This document shows positions 52,311-62,900 of a DNA stretch of 64,000 nucleotides, piece after piece (the first letter of the stretch is position 1; each line of letters begins with the position of its first letter). The notes under the pieces are model-generated. The model searched no databases and was not told where the DNA came from. It worked only from the letters and a program-made list of their open reading frames with translations. The DNA lies in assembly GCA_963842525.1 (NCBI GenBank), contig CAWJGT010000009.1, positions 960,001 to 1,024,000 on the forward strand. The letters run 5' to 3'. Both the position numbers and the translations under genes were made by a program. The stretch comes from an uncultured Holophagales bacterium (GTDB lineage Bacteria > Acidobacteriota > Thermoanaerobaculia > Multivoradales > UBA5704).

Positions 52311-53333
52311 ATGGAAGCGTTCCGGACGACCGAGGGCGGTTTGGACGAAGGGCCGGTCGGCGGGGTCATCGACTGTGCCGGCTATGTCGGCGGCCGGCGG
52401 GTCGCCAGTCTCGAGATCGGCGGCGCGCGGGAGTTCATGGCCGGCGATCCGGCGCGCTTTGTCTGGATCGGCCTCTACGAGCCTGGCGAGGAGCTGCTGC
52501 GCGAGGTGCAGCTCGAGTTCGGGCTCCACGACCTCGCCATCGAAGACGCCCACAGCGCCCATCAGCGGCCCAAGGTCGAGCTCTACCAGGACTCTCTTTT
52601 CGTCGTCCTGAGGACCGCCCGGCTGGTGGAGGGGCGGCGGATCGATCTCGGCGAGACCCACATCTTCCTCGGTCCGCAGTACGTCGTCACCGTCCGGCAC
52701 GGGTCGCTGCGGTCGCACAGCGGCCTGCGGGCGCGCTGCGAAGCGGCGCCGCGGCTGCTCATCAAGGGACCGGCGTACGTCCTCTATGCGCTCATGGACT
52801 TCGTGGTCGACCAGTACCTGCCGATCCTGGAAGCCCTGGACGACCGCCTGGAGGCGCTCGAAGCGCGCATCTTCGGCGACGCCCCGCAGCGGGGTACGAC
52901 CGCCGAGATCTACGATCTGAAGCGGCAGGTCCTGGTGCTTGAGCGCGCCGTAGCGCCGCTTGCCGAGATGTGCGCGCGGCTGACCCGCTTCGACCTCGAC
53001 CTGGTGCCGGCCGACACCCAGCCCTACTTCCGCGACGTGTTGGACCAGGTGGTGCGCATCCAGGAGACCCTCGGCAACTTCCGTGAGCTTCTGACCTCGG
53101 CTCTGGACGCCAACCTGGCGCTGCTCTCCGTCTCCCAGAACGAGGACGTCAAGCGCCTCGCAGCCTGGGCGGCGATCCTGGCCGTGCCGACGATGGTGGC
53201 CGGCCTCTACGGCATGAACTTCCGCTTCATGCCCGAGCTCCAGTGGCAGTGGGGCTATCCGCTCGTCCTCGCCGGCATGGCGGCGGTCTGCACCGGGCTC
53301 TGGGTCGGCTTCCGCCGTTCCGGCTGGCTGTGA
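52311..53333 (+). CDS. corA: Magnesium/cobalt transporter CorA
   Basis: FVWIGL, HQRPKVE, YFRDV, PTMVAGLYGMNFRFMPELQWQWGYP. Confidence 0.95.
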   Translation: MEAFRTTEGGLDEGPVGGVIDCAGYVGGRRVASLEIGGAREFMAGDPARFVWIGLYEPGEELLREVQLEFGLHDLAIEDAHSAHQRPKVELYQDSLFVVLRTARLVEGRRIDLGETHIFLGPQYVVTVRHGSLRSHSGLRARCEAAPRLLIKGPAYVLYALMDFVVDQYLPILEALDDRLEALEARIFGDAPQRGTTAEIYDLKRQVLVLERAVAPLAEMCARLTRFDLDLVPADTQPYFRDVLDQVVRIQETLGNFRELLTSALDANLALLSVSQNEDVKRLAAWAAILAVPTMVAGLYGMNFRFMPELQWQWGYPLVLAGMAAVCTGLWVGFRRSGWL

Positions 53334-53428
53334 GCCGCGGAGCGGGCGTCCTCTGGAGAGGTCGCTCCTGTGCCGGTTCGTGGAGGCTTCCGAAGGGTTT
53401 TTCGAGCTGTCTCCCTCTATCCCGCGGC

Positions 53429-53444
53429 AGGCATTCCGCTTGCA
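53429..53444 (+). promoter_or_regulatory. Possible sigma54 promoter
   Basis: AGGCATTCCGCTTGCA (GG-N10-GC) about 54 nt upstream of the ATG at 53498. Confidence 0.35.
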
Positions 53445-53497
53445 ATCCCGGCTCGCCAGCAGGTCCGGATCCTTTGAAAGGGTAAGGGAGGAAGGTC

Positions 53498-54244
53498 ATG
53501 AACAAAAAGGTTTTAGGATGGATAGTGACGAGTGGATTGATGGCGGCGGGCAGTCTGTCGGCTCAGCCTTTGAACGATCTGCAGGCGCGCCTCGCCGAGC
53601 TGCGCAACGACCGGCCGATCCGTCTCAACGTGGACGTCGTGCTGGAGCACAAGGGCAGGGCTCCTCTGCACGCGAATGACTCCAGGCAGCATGGAAAGGC
53701 CGTCGTCGTCTTTGGCCGGCACGGCGCGGAGGTGCGGGAGCAGAGGTGGACGAAGAGGTCGTCACGTTTTTCGCTCTGGCGCAAGGCGAAGAACGTCGAC
53801 ACGGAGACCTCGCTGGTCGACGAGTCCGAGGCCGGCGACCTGGTCGATCCGGTCGCCGCCATGGAGCTCCTCCTGCGCGACGCCACCCTGCTGTCCGACG
53901 AAGAGGTGACCTGGCAAGGGCAGCCGGCGCGCCTGCTGGTGATCCGGCCCGGCCTGCTCGCGTCCGAGCAGAAGGGGAAGAAGGATGACGGGGATGGCCC
54001 TGCGCGCTTCAACCTCGAAGCGAAGATCTGGCTGGACGGCGACGGCTCTCCCTTGGCTCTGGAGCGCTGGGTCGAAATCCGGCTCGGGCCAGTCCTGACG
54101 ACGACGACGCACCAGACCCTCACGTTCCAACAGGTCGACGGGCGCCTGCTCGTCGATGAAGCCGAAGAGAGCTTCTCCGGCAAGGCGCTGGCGATGCTGA
54201 ATGGCGAGGACGTGAAGAGGATGAAGGTCACCGTGGCCCGCTGA
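53498..54244 (+). CDS. Exported hypothetical beta-rich protein
   Basis: Signal peptide MNKKVLGWIVTSGLMAAGSLSA; GGAGG RBS; KIWLDGDG.PL motif reminiscent of LolA-like folds. Confidence 0.7.
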   Translation: MNKKVLGWIVTSGLMAAGSLSAQPLNDLQARLAELRNDRPIRLNVDVVLEHKGRAPLHANDSRQHGKAVVVFGRHGAEVREQRWTKRSSRFSLWRKAKNVDTETSLVDESEAGDLVDPVAAMELLLRDATLLSDEEVTWQGQPARLLVIRPGLLASEQKGKKDDGDGPARFNLEAKIWLDGDGSPLALERWVEIRLGPVLTTTTHQTLTFQQVDGRLLVDEAEESFSGKALAMLNGEDVKRMKVTVAR

Positions 54245-54382
54245 CGAAGGCCCCCGGTCCCGCGACCCCCCTGTGCTATCCTTCCGTGCAAGGAAGGGGG
54301 CGGGGGTCGCGCTTCCTTCTTGCCTTTTGCCCGGGATGCGGAATAGGATTTTCCGGAGAAACGATCCGAAAGGGAGCATGCC

Positions 54383-55180
54383 ATGAGCCAGCCAGCCGTC
54401 GCGGCGCTCGCGCCTCTGCCCTTCGAGCTCGTCTACGACGACGGAGAGCCTTTGGAGACCGAATGGCATACCTGGGAGCTTCCCCTGCTCCGGGAGCTGA
54501 TCTGCCAGGTCATGGAGGAGCAGGGACGGACCGACTTCTATGCCGGCATGAACATGTTCGTCTACTACTCGGTGGAGCAGGCGCGGGAGGTGGCGTTGGA
54601 GGTGAGGGAGGGGAAGAAGCCGCGAACTGCCTTCCGGGGTCCGGACGTCTTCTGGGTGGGCGGCATCAGCCGGCGCAAGCGGCAGGCCTGGGTGTCGTGG
54701 GAGGAGGGGGGGCGCCTTCCGGACCTCATCGTCGAGATGGCGTCCCAATCGACCGCGGAGATCGACCGCACCGTCAAGAAGGATCTTTACGCGCGGGTCT
54801 TCCGGACGAAGGAGTACTTCATCTACGACCCGAAGGCGGGCGATCTGGAAGGCTTCGATCTGGCGCTCCGGGCCTATCAGCCGAAGGTTCCCGATGAGCA
54901 GGGGCGGCTCTGGAGCGCACAGCTCAGAGCCTTCGTGGGCGTCTGGCACGGTGCAGTGAAGGATAAGGAGTACGACTGGGTCCGGCTGTTCCGTCCTGAT
55001 GGGAGCTTGGTGCCCACGGCGGACGAACGTGCTGAGGCAGAACGCGAGCGTGCCAAGGCGGCGGAGCAACGGGCCGGGACCGCCGAGCAACGGGCCGAGG
55101 CGGAACGCGAGCGGGCCGAAGCTGCGGAGGCCGAGCTGGCCCGTCTGCGGGCGCTGCTGGAAGTGTCAAAAATCCCCTGA
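54383..55180 (+). CDS. Uma2/DUF820 family endonuclease-fold protein with a C-terminal coiled coil
   Basis: YDDGEPLETEWH, NMFVYY, FRGPDVFWV, PDLIVEMASQST..D, EYFIYDP; ERAEAE repeats. Confidence 0.9.
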   Translation: MSQPAVAALAPLPFELVYDDGEPLETEWHTWELPLLRELICQVMEEQGRTDFYAGMNMFVYYSVEQAREVALEVREGKKPRTAFRGPDVFWVGGISRRKRQAWVSWEEGGRLPDLIVEMASQSTAEIDRTVKKDLYARVFRTKEYFIYDPKAGDLEGFDLALRAYQPKVPDEQGRLWSAQLRAFVGVWHGAVKDKEYDWVRLFRPDGSLVPTADERAEAERERAKAAEQRAGTAEQRAEAERERAEAAEAELARLRALLEVSKIP

Positions 55181-56288
55181 AGATTTCCTTCGCGGCTGCG
55201 AGCTCGTCGAGCAGCGTCTGTATGGTCTCCGCGTCTTTCCCAACGAGGACGAAGCCGTACACCCCGGGCGTGCGCTCGAAGGCATAAATGGCCTCTCCTT
55301 CGCGGTCCACCCGGGCGGCGAGCGCTTGCGCTTCCGCCGCCGGCAGGACGCCGTGGGCGGCGAGCTCTTCACGTTCTCGGGATGGACCAGGAAGAGAGCA
55401 TTCAGGCGCGGGTATCTGCGGTAATCGGCGAGGATTCCCGGCTCGCTCCAGGCGGCCTCCTCGGAGTACATCGAGGCGACGTGCAGTGTCCGGCGCACGG
55501 ACCACCGCAGGCCGGTTCCAAGCCGGGCGTCGGACATCAGGTACATCTCGCTGAGGAGGAGCTGCGGGGCGGCGAGCGACGGGCCGAACGCGCTCTCGAG
55601 CGTCCGGAGATAGGTGTCCACGAAAAGGTTATCGAACAGCGTCCTGCCCTCTGCGAGCCAGCCGTCGAGTATCGGTAGGAGGGCCTTGCCCGCGCGATCG
55701 ATGTTTGGGTTGTTGTAGAAGGAGCCCTCTTTCGCTTGCCAGGCCGCGAAGCGTTCCGGCGCCATGACGGCGCGGCCGATCATGCCGTTGCCGAGAGCCG
55801 TGGCGAGCGCTTCGTTGAGCAGGTTGTAGGCGGCGATCGACGAGGCATGTCCCCTGACGAGGAAGCGCTTCTGGAGCTCGGCGAAGGCGGCGTCCGAGGG
55901 GCTGTCGAAGAGGAAATGGCAGAGCTCGTGGATCACCACATCGATCCGGTCTTCCGGCCGCTCGTCCGGCAGGAACTCGACGACCGACGTGCCCTCGACC
56001 TGCTGCCCGGAGGTGCTCGCTTCGCCCAGCCCCGGCCGCGCCATGAGAGAGATGCGGAGCAGTGAGCCGTCGAGCTCCGGGGCATAGAAACGCTCGATGC
56101 GTGCCAGCGCATTGGCGACTGCCGGAGCAGCGAGGAGCGCTTCGATGCTGCGGGCGAAAGGTGTCCCTCGGGGAAGGGCCTGGGACTTCCACCAGGTGTC
56201 GAAGGCGGCGGAGGTCGGCATGGGCAGCCTCGCTGGCCAGCACCAGGAGCATGAGAAGGATCAGGGCTCGAACGGCTCGCTGCGGCAT
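55166..56288 (-). CDS. Exported gluzincin-like (HExxH..E) protein; frame disruptions near 56215 and 55370
   Basis: Signal peptide MPQRAVRALILLMLLVLASEAAHA at 56288 with GAGG RBS; VVIHELCHFLF..LLNEALATALG in the next frame; 3' end uncertain. Confidence 0.55.
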
Positions 56289-56356
56289 GGTGTTCCTCGT
56301 CTGGTTTCTTCCGAGAAGCGCACGATGATACCGCCCCGGCAACCGGCACGTTCGGC

Positions 56357-56756
56357 GGACCACTGGGAGCCACCGCAGTGAGCGTCCATGGTCCTGTGGT
56401 GGCTCCTGCCGGTGCCGCGGGACCGTTGCGCGCCACCGCAGTGAGCGTCTATGGTCCCGTGGTGGCTCCTGCCGGTCCCGCGGGACCGTTGCGCGCCACC
56501 GCAGTGAGCGTCTATGGTCCCGTGGTGGCTCCTGCCGGTCCCGCGGGACCACTGCGCGCCACCGCAGTGAGCGTCTATGGTCCCGTGGTGACTCCTGCCG
56601 GTCCCGCGGGACCGTTGCGCGCCACCGCAGTGAGCGTCCATGGTCCTGTGGTGAATCCCGCCGGTCCCGCGGGACCGCTGCGCGCCACCGCAGGGAGCAT
56701 CCATGGTCCCGTGGTGAATCCTGTCGGTCCCGCGGGACCACTGCGTGCCACCGCAG
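56357..56756. repeat. Tandem array of a 63-bp unit, about 6.3 copies
   Basis: GGACC starts at 56357, 56420, 56483, 56546, 56609, 56672 and 56735; most junctions carry the palindrome GGTCCCGCGGGACC; no unique spacers. Confidence 0.92.
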
Positions 56757-56800
56757 GTGTGGAGGTAACGCCCCCGGGGTGGGCGGCGAGCGCGGCGCCC

Positions 56801-56903
56801 CGCCCGGCGATGAATCGCCGGGCTAGGAATGGCGCCCCATGAATGGGGCTTTGAAGCCGGGTTTACCCGGCGCTGTTCCTAGCCCGGGCATTCATGCCCG
56901 GGC
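56801..56903. repeat. Nested palindromic REP-like doublet overlapping the NRPS stop codon (may also act as terminator)
   Basis: GCCCGGCGATGAATCGCCGGGCTAGGAA ... TTCCTAGCCCGGGCATTCATGCCCGGGC, with inner hairpins GCCCCATGAATGGGGC and CCGGGTTTACCCGG. Confidence 0.7.
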
Positions 56904-59900
56904 GGCAGGGCGCCACCGGCGTCGCTCCCGCGCCTCCCGCCGCGTCTGGATGCGCTGGTCGATCGACGCGGAAGGCTCTTCACCGCCCTCGCCGGCGGCC
57001 AGGTGACGGGCGAGGGCGCCGACGGTGGGGTGGCGGAAGAGGTCGACCATGGAGAGGTCGCGGCCGAGGACGGCACGCAGACGGCTGTGGACCTGGGCGA
57101 CGGCGAGCGAGGTGCCACCCAATTCGAAGAAGTTGTCCTGGACGCCCACGCGCTCGGCGTTCAGGACCTCCTGCCAGACGGCGGCGATCTTCCGTTCGAT
57201 CTCGTTGCGGGGCGGGACCCAGGCTGCTCCCGTGGCCAGGCGGCCGGCCTCTGGAGCGGGCAGGGCGCGGCGGTCGAGCTTGCCGTTCGGGGTGAGCGGC
57301 AGCCGCTCCAGGGGGACGAAGGCGGAGGGGACCATGGGCTCGGGCAGCCGGTCCAGGAGGAAGGCGCGCAGGTCTCCCACCGAGGGGACGGCGGAATCCC
57401 GTGGCACGAGCCAGGCGATCAGGCGGTCCTCTCCCGCAGCGCGCCGGACGGCCACGGCGCAGTCGGCGACCGCGGGATGGAGACGCAGCGCCTCTTCGAC
57501 CTCGCCGGGCTCGATGCGCACCCCGCGGACCTTGACCTGCTGGTCGAGACGGCCGCGGAACTCCAGAGTCCCGTCCGCCAGGTGCCGGCCCAGGTCGCCC
57601 GTGCGATAGAGGCGCGCGCCGGGAATCTCCGAGAAAGGATCGGGGACGAACCGCTCGGCGGTCAGCTCCGGACGGTCCAGGTAGCCGCGGGCCACCCCGG
57701 CGCCGCCGATCACCAGCTCGCCGAGGCTCCCGGCCGGCATCGGCCGCAGCTCCCGGTCCACGGCCTGGATGACAGTGTTGGCGATCGGCCGGCCGAGCGG
57801 CGCTGCACCACCAACCGTGCCAGGCGCCTCTCCCATCCAGGTCGCGGACCATACGGTCGTCTCCGTCGGCCCGTACATGTTGCTGACGCCGCCCGGAAGG
57901 CGGGGTAGCCTCTCCAGCAGGGCCGGCGGCAGCGCCTCGCCGCCGAGAAGGAGGGTGTGCAGGGAGCCGAGCGCAGCCAGCGACTCCGGGTCCGCCGCAA
58001 GCATCCCGGCCAGGGTCGGGGTGCATTGGAGGTGGGTGACGCCATGGCGGCGGATCTGCTCCGCGATGGTCACAGCCTCCTCGACCTCCTCCGCGGGATC
58101 TTCCTGCCGGGCCGTTGGCTCGGGCCGGCTGCGGCGGCGGACCTCGTCGAGGAGCTCCAGGCTGGCGAGCACGCGGCCGGTGTCGACGCCGAAATCGATC
58201 AGGCAGGCGACCTCGTCGACGCCGATCTCCGCCAGCCGGGCGACGGTCCGCAGGCAGCTCTCAGGGGTGCCCATCAGGCCGGCGGTCTCGAAGTAGCGCT
58301 CGAAGGCGTGCTCCAGCAGCGCGTCCATCTCCTCCGTGCCCAGCGCCTCCAGGTCCGTGCCCTGATTGCCGAGCGTGCGGGCAAGGTCGCGGATCAGCCC
58401 GAGCGAGCTGCGGAGATAGCGCTTCATCGGCGCGCGCACGGTCTCGCGCACCTCGTCGAGGCTCTCGCCGACGAACGTGTGGAGCATCAGGGAGACCGTC
58501 CCCGGCCCGCCGTCGCAGAGCCGACGGGCCTCGCGGTAGACCGCGATCTTCTCGGCCAGCTCCTCGAGGCTCTGCCCCAGGAGATGCGTGAGGAGGTTCG
58601 CCCCGGCCTCGCCGGCGGCCTGGAAGGTCTCGGGGCTTCCGGCCGCGGTCACCCAGACGGGGAGCTCCGGCTGGACCGGCCGGGGGAGGATCGAGACATC
58701 GACAGGGTTGCCGGCGCCGTCCGGCACCCGGACCGACTCGCCGCGCCACAGCCGCCGCACAATGTCGATGCCGCGGAGCATGGTGTCGCGGCGATCCTCA
58801 TAGCTCCCGGGCGCCAGGACGAAGTCGTTGGTGTGCCAGCCCGAAGCGAAAGAGATCCCCACCCGGCCGTGCGACAGGTTGTCGACCAGAGACCACTCCT
58901 CGGCCACCCGGATCGGGTTATGGAGGGGGAGGACGACGCTGCCGGCCCGGATCTGCACCCGCTCGGTGACTGCCGCGATGGCGGCCCCGGTCACCGACGG
59001 ATTGGGATAGAGGCCGCCAAAGGCATGGAAGTGCCGCTCCGGGGTCCAGACCGCGGTAAAGCCGCGGGCATCGGCGATTTTCGCCCCTTCGAGCAGCAGG
59101 CGGTAGAGGTCGCCGCTGCCGTTCTCGGCCGCCGCGAAGTAGAAGAGGCTGAAGTCGATCTCTCGCGCCGCGGCCTGCGAGACCGGTTGGATCGGCAGCG
59201 TGGGCGTTGCGGCCGGCCGGTCGGGATGGACCACGACGGTGAAGCCGCGGGTTAGGGTCCAGAGCAGCTCGAGGACCGAGATGTCGAAGGAGACGCTGGT
59301 CACGGCGAGCCACGTTCCAGGAGAGGTGCCAGGCGATTCGCGGCGACCCTCCGGACACAGCGCGGCGTCCATGCCGGCGAAGAAGCTGAGGACGTTCCGG
59401 TGGGTGACGGCGACGCCTTTGGGTCGCCCGGTGGAGCCGGAGGTGTAGAGGAGGTAGGCGGCGGTGGATCTCTCACCCCCCGGCCCTCCGATCGCCCCGG
59501 GTTTACACCCGGGGCTACCCAGTTCCGCCCTCCGGGCTCTCGAACCCTGGGCACTACGACCGCCATTCTCCTGAGCCCGGAGGGCGACATTCGGTAGCCC
59601 AGGGTGTGAACCCTGGGCGAGGGTTTCGGGGATCCCTGGAAATCTTCCCGCAGTCCGGGGATCAACCACGACGGCTGCCAGGCCGGCATCCTCCACCAGC
59701 CAGGCGAGCCTCTCGGCGGGCCAGGTCGGGTCGAGGGGGACGTAGGCGCCTCCGGCTTCGAGCACTCCGAGGAGGGCGACGACCAGGTCGGCCGAGCGGT
59801 GGAGCGAGATTCCGACCCGGCTCTCGGGTCCGATCCCCAAGGAGCGCAGGTGTGCGGCGAGAGCACGGGATCGGTCCAGCAGCTCCCGGTAGGTGAGGCG

Positions 59901-62900
59901 TGTGCTGCCGGCGATAATGGCCTCGACGTCGGGCGTGCGCGCTACCTGCTCCTCGACGAGGCGGTGGATCGTCGCCGCCTGCGTCTGTGTGGCGGCGGTG
60001 TCGTTCCATTCCAGGAGCCGCCGATGCCGCTCGGCCTCGGTCTCCAGGGGAAGATCCGCGACCGATTGCTCGGGAGTGGCGAGAATCCCCGCGATCAACG
60101 TCCGGAGCTGAAGCGCCCACCGCTGGACCGTCGGCGGGTCGAACAGGTCGGTGTTGTATTCGAAGCGCCCGCCGATCTCCTCCGTTCCCTCGACGAGGTC
60201 GAGCGTCAGGTCGTAGCGCGCCGCGCCGCTTCCCACCTCCAGCGGACGCAGGCTCAGGCCCGGAAGGTCCAGGCTGCTGCGCGGGGTGTTCTGGAGGGAG
60301 AACATCACCTGGAACAGGGGCGGCCGGCTGAGGTCGCGCTCGGGCTTCAGCTCCTCGACCAGCCGTTCGAAGGGCAGCTCCTGGTGGAAGAGCGCGCCCA
60401 GGGTGACCTCGCGGACGCGGCGCAGGGCTTCGGCGAAACTCGGCCGCCCGGACAGATCTGTGCGTAGCACCAGCATGTTGGTGAAGAGCCCGATCAGCGG
60501 CTCGGCTTCGGCCGATCCGAGGCCGGCCACGGGGGAGCCGGCGGTCACGTCCTCGCGGCCGGTGAGACGGTGGAGAAGGATCTGGAAGGCCGCGAGGAGG
60601 GTCATGAAGAGCGTGGCCCCGGTGCGCTGGGCGAGCGCCCGCAGGCCTTCCGTCTCGTCGCGGCCGAGCGCGAAGGGGACCGAAGCGCCGCGCCAGGTCT
60701 GGACCGGCGGCCGAGGGCGGTCCGCCGGCAGGTCCAAAGGCGCGAGGTCGCCCGCGAGCTGGCGGCGCCAGTAGTCGAGCTGGGCTTCGAGGATGTCGCC
60801 CTGGAGCCAGCGGCGCTGCCAGGCGGAGAAATCGGCGTACTGGATCGGCAGATCCGGCAAGGGGGACGGCCGGCCTGCGGCGATGGCGGGGTAGAGAGCG
60901 CCAAGCTCGCGAAGCAGGACCCCCATCGACCAGCCGTCGGCGACGATGTGATGGAAGGTGAGGAGGAAGACGGCGCCCCCCCGGCTCTGCACGACCAGCA
61001 GGGCCCTCCAGAGCGGACCGCCCGCCAGGTCGAACGGCCGGACAGACTCGATCGCTGCGAGGCGCCGCGATTCGGCTTCCCGCAGCTCCTCCGGGAGAAT
61101 GGAGAGATCGATTCGTGGAAGGGGCCGCTTCGACGGCGGATGGACCTCCTGGGTGGCTCGGCCGTCCACCGCCGGGAAGGTGGTGCGCAGCACCTCATGC
61201 CGGCGCTCGATCTCGCCGAGGGTGGCTTCCAGGACTGCGATGTTCAGGGTGCCGGTAAGCTGGACCGCGAGCGGTACGTTGTAGGCGGCGGTGCCGGGAT
61301 CGATCCGGTCGAGGAACCAGAGGCGCTGCTGGGCGAACGAGAGGAGGCGCTCCTCGCCGGGGGACACGGGCCGCAGCGGGGGAGGCGAGCCGGCGCCGGC
61401 CTCAGCGGCCTCGATGGCCTCCAGGATGCCCGCGAGCCCGGCCGGCGTAGGGCTCTCGAAGAGCTGCCGCAGCGGCAGAGGCACGGCGAATTTCTCGCGC
61501 AGGCGGGCGGCCAGGCGGCTGGCGAGGAGCGAGTGGCCGCCGAGCGCGAAGAAATCGTCATGGGCTCCCACCTGCTCGACGCCGAGGAGGTCGGCGAAGA
61601 GGCTGGCCACCGTCTCCTCGGCCGGCGTCCGCGGAGACACATACCCATGCCGTTCCATGGCCTCGCTGGGCTCCAGGCGGGCCAGCGCGCGGCGGTCCAC
61701 CTTGCCGTTCGGGGTGAGAGGCATCCGTTCTAGGAGAAGCCAGGCCGAAGGCACCATGGGCTCGGGGAGCCGTTCCTTCAAATGAGCGCGCAGGATCCCC
61801 GGGGTGGCGTCCGTGCCCTTCGGCACCACACAGGCCACCAGCCGCCGGTCGCCCGGTGAGACCTCGCGGGCCAGGACGGCGGCTTCGCGCACCGCGGGGT
61901 GGCTGGCGAGCGCCGCTTCGATCTCTCCCAGCTCGATCCGCACGCCGCGGACCTTCACCTGCTCGTCGAGCCCGGCCGAGGAAGTCGATCGCGCCGTCCG
62001 GCCGCCAGCGGGCGAGGTCGCCGGTCGCATAGAGCCGGCCTCCCGCGTCCTCCGGTCCGGCGAAAGGATCGGGGACGAAGCTCTCGGCCGTGAGGTCCGG
62101 CCGGCCGCGGTAGCCGCGTGCCAGCCCGATGCCGCCGACATGGAGCTTCTCCGGGGACGCCGATCGGGACCGGGTGCAGGGAGCGGTCCAGGAGCCGGAC
62201 CTGGAGGTTGGAGATCGGGCGGCCGATCGGCGGGTTGATCGCTCCAGTGGGAACGGGGCCGGCGGTGGTGACCACGGTGCTCTCGGTGGGGCCGTAGTGG
62301 TTGACCAGGTGGATGGGAAGGTCGGGGCCGCGGTGGAGGCGGTCGCCTCCGGTGAGGAGAACCTCACCCCCTGTCCCCCTCTCCCATCGCCCCCCCTGCC
62401 ACCGGGAGAGGGGGAACGCGGGCGATGCCATGAGGGCTTCGGCGAGCGGGGTGGGAATGAAGGCGTGGGTGATGCGCTTGCGGACCAGGAGATCGGCCAG
62501 GGCCTCGGGATCGAGAGAGACCTCGGTGGGGACGAGATGGACCTCGGCTCCGGCGGCGAGATAGGGCCAGATTTCCCAGACCGAGGCGTCGAAGCCCAGA
62601 CCGGCGAGCTGCGTGGCGCGATCGCCCGGCCTTACCTGGTAGGTCTGGAGGTGCCAGGTGATTAAATTGGCGAGGCCGGCGTGGGTGATCTCGACGCCTT
62701 TGGGCGTCCCGGTCGATCCGGAGGTGTAGATCACGTAGGCCAGGGAGCGGGGATCGAGATTGGTCTCTGATACCTGGCCTTCGAGCCCGTCCTCCAGGTC
62801 CGTCAGAACCGTGGCTGCGTCCGCATCCTCCAGAATGACCGCCGCCCGCTCATCCGGGGTGCCGGGATCGAGAGGCAGATACGCCGCTCCGGCCAGGAGC

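Noticed and set aside
56357-56756. Possible CRISPR array
   Set aside because: Units repeat along their whole 63 bp with no unique spacers, and no cas genes are present.
55629-56842. Repeat-protein ORFs across the 63-bp array
   Set aside because: Several frames are open simply because the unit is a multiple of 3 with few stops; no RBS or family motif supports translation.
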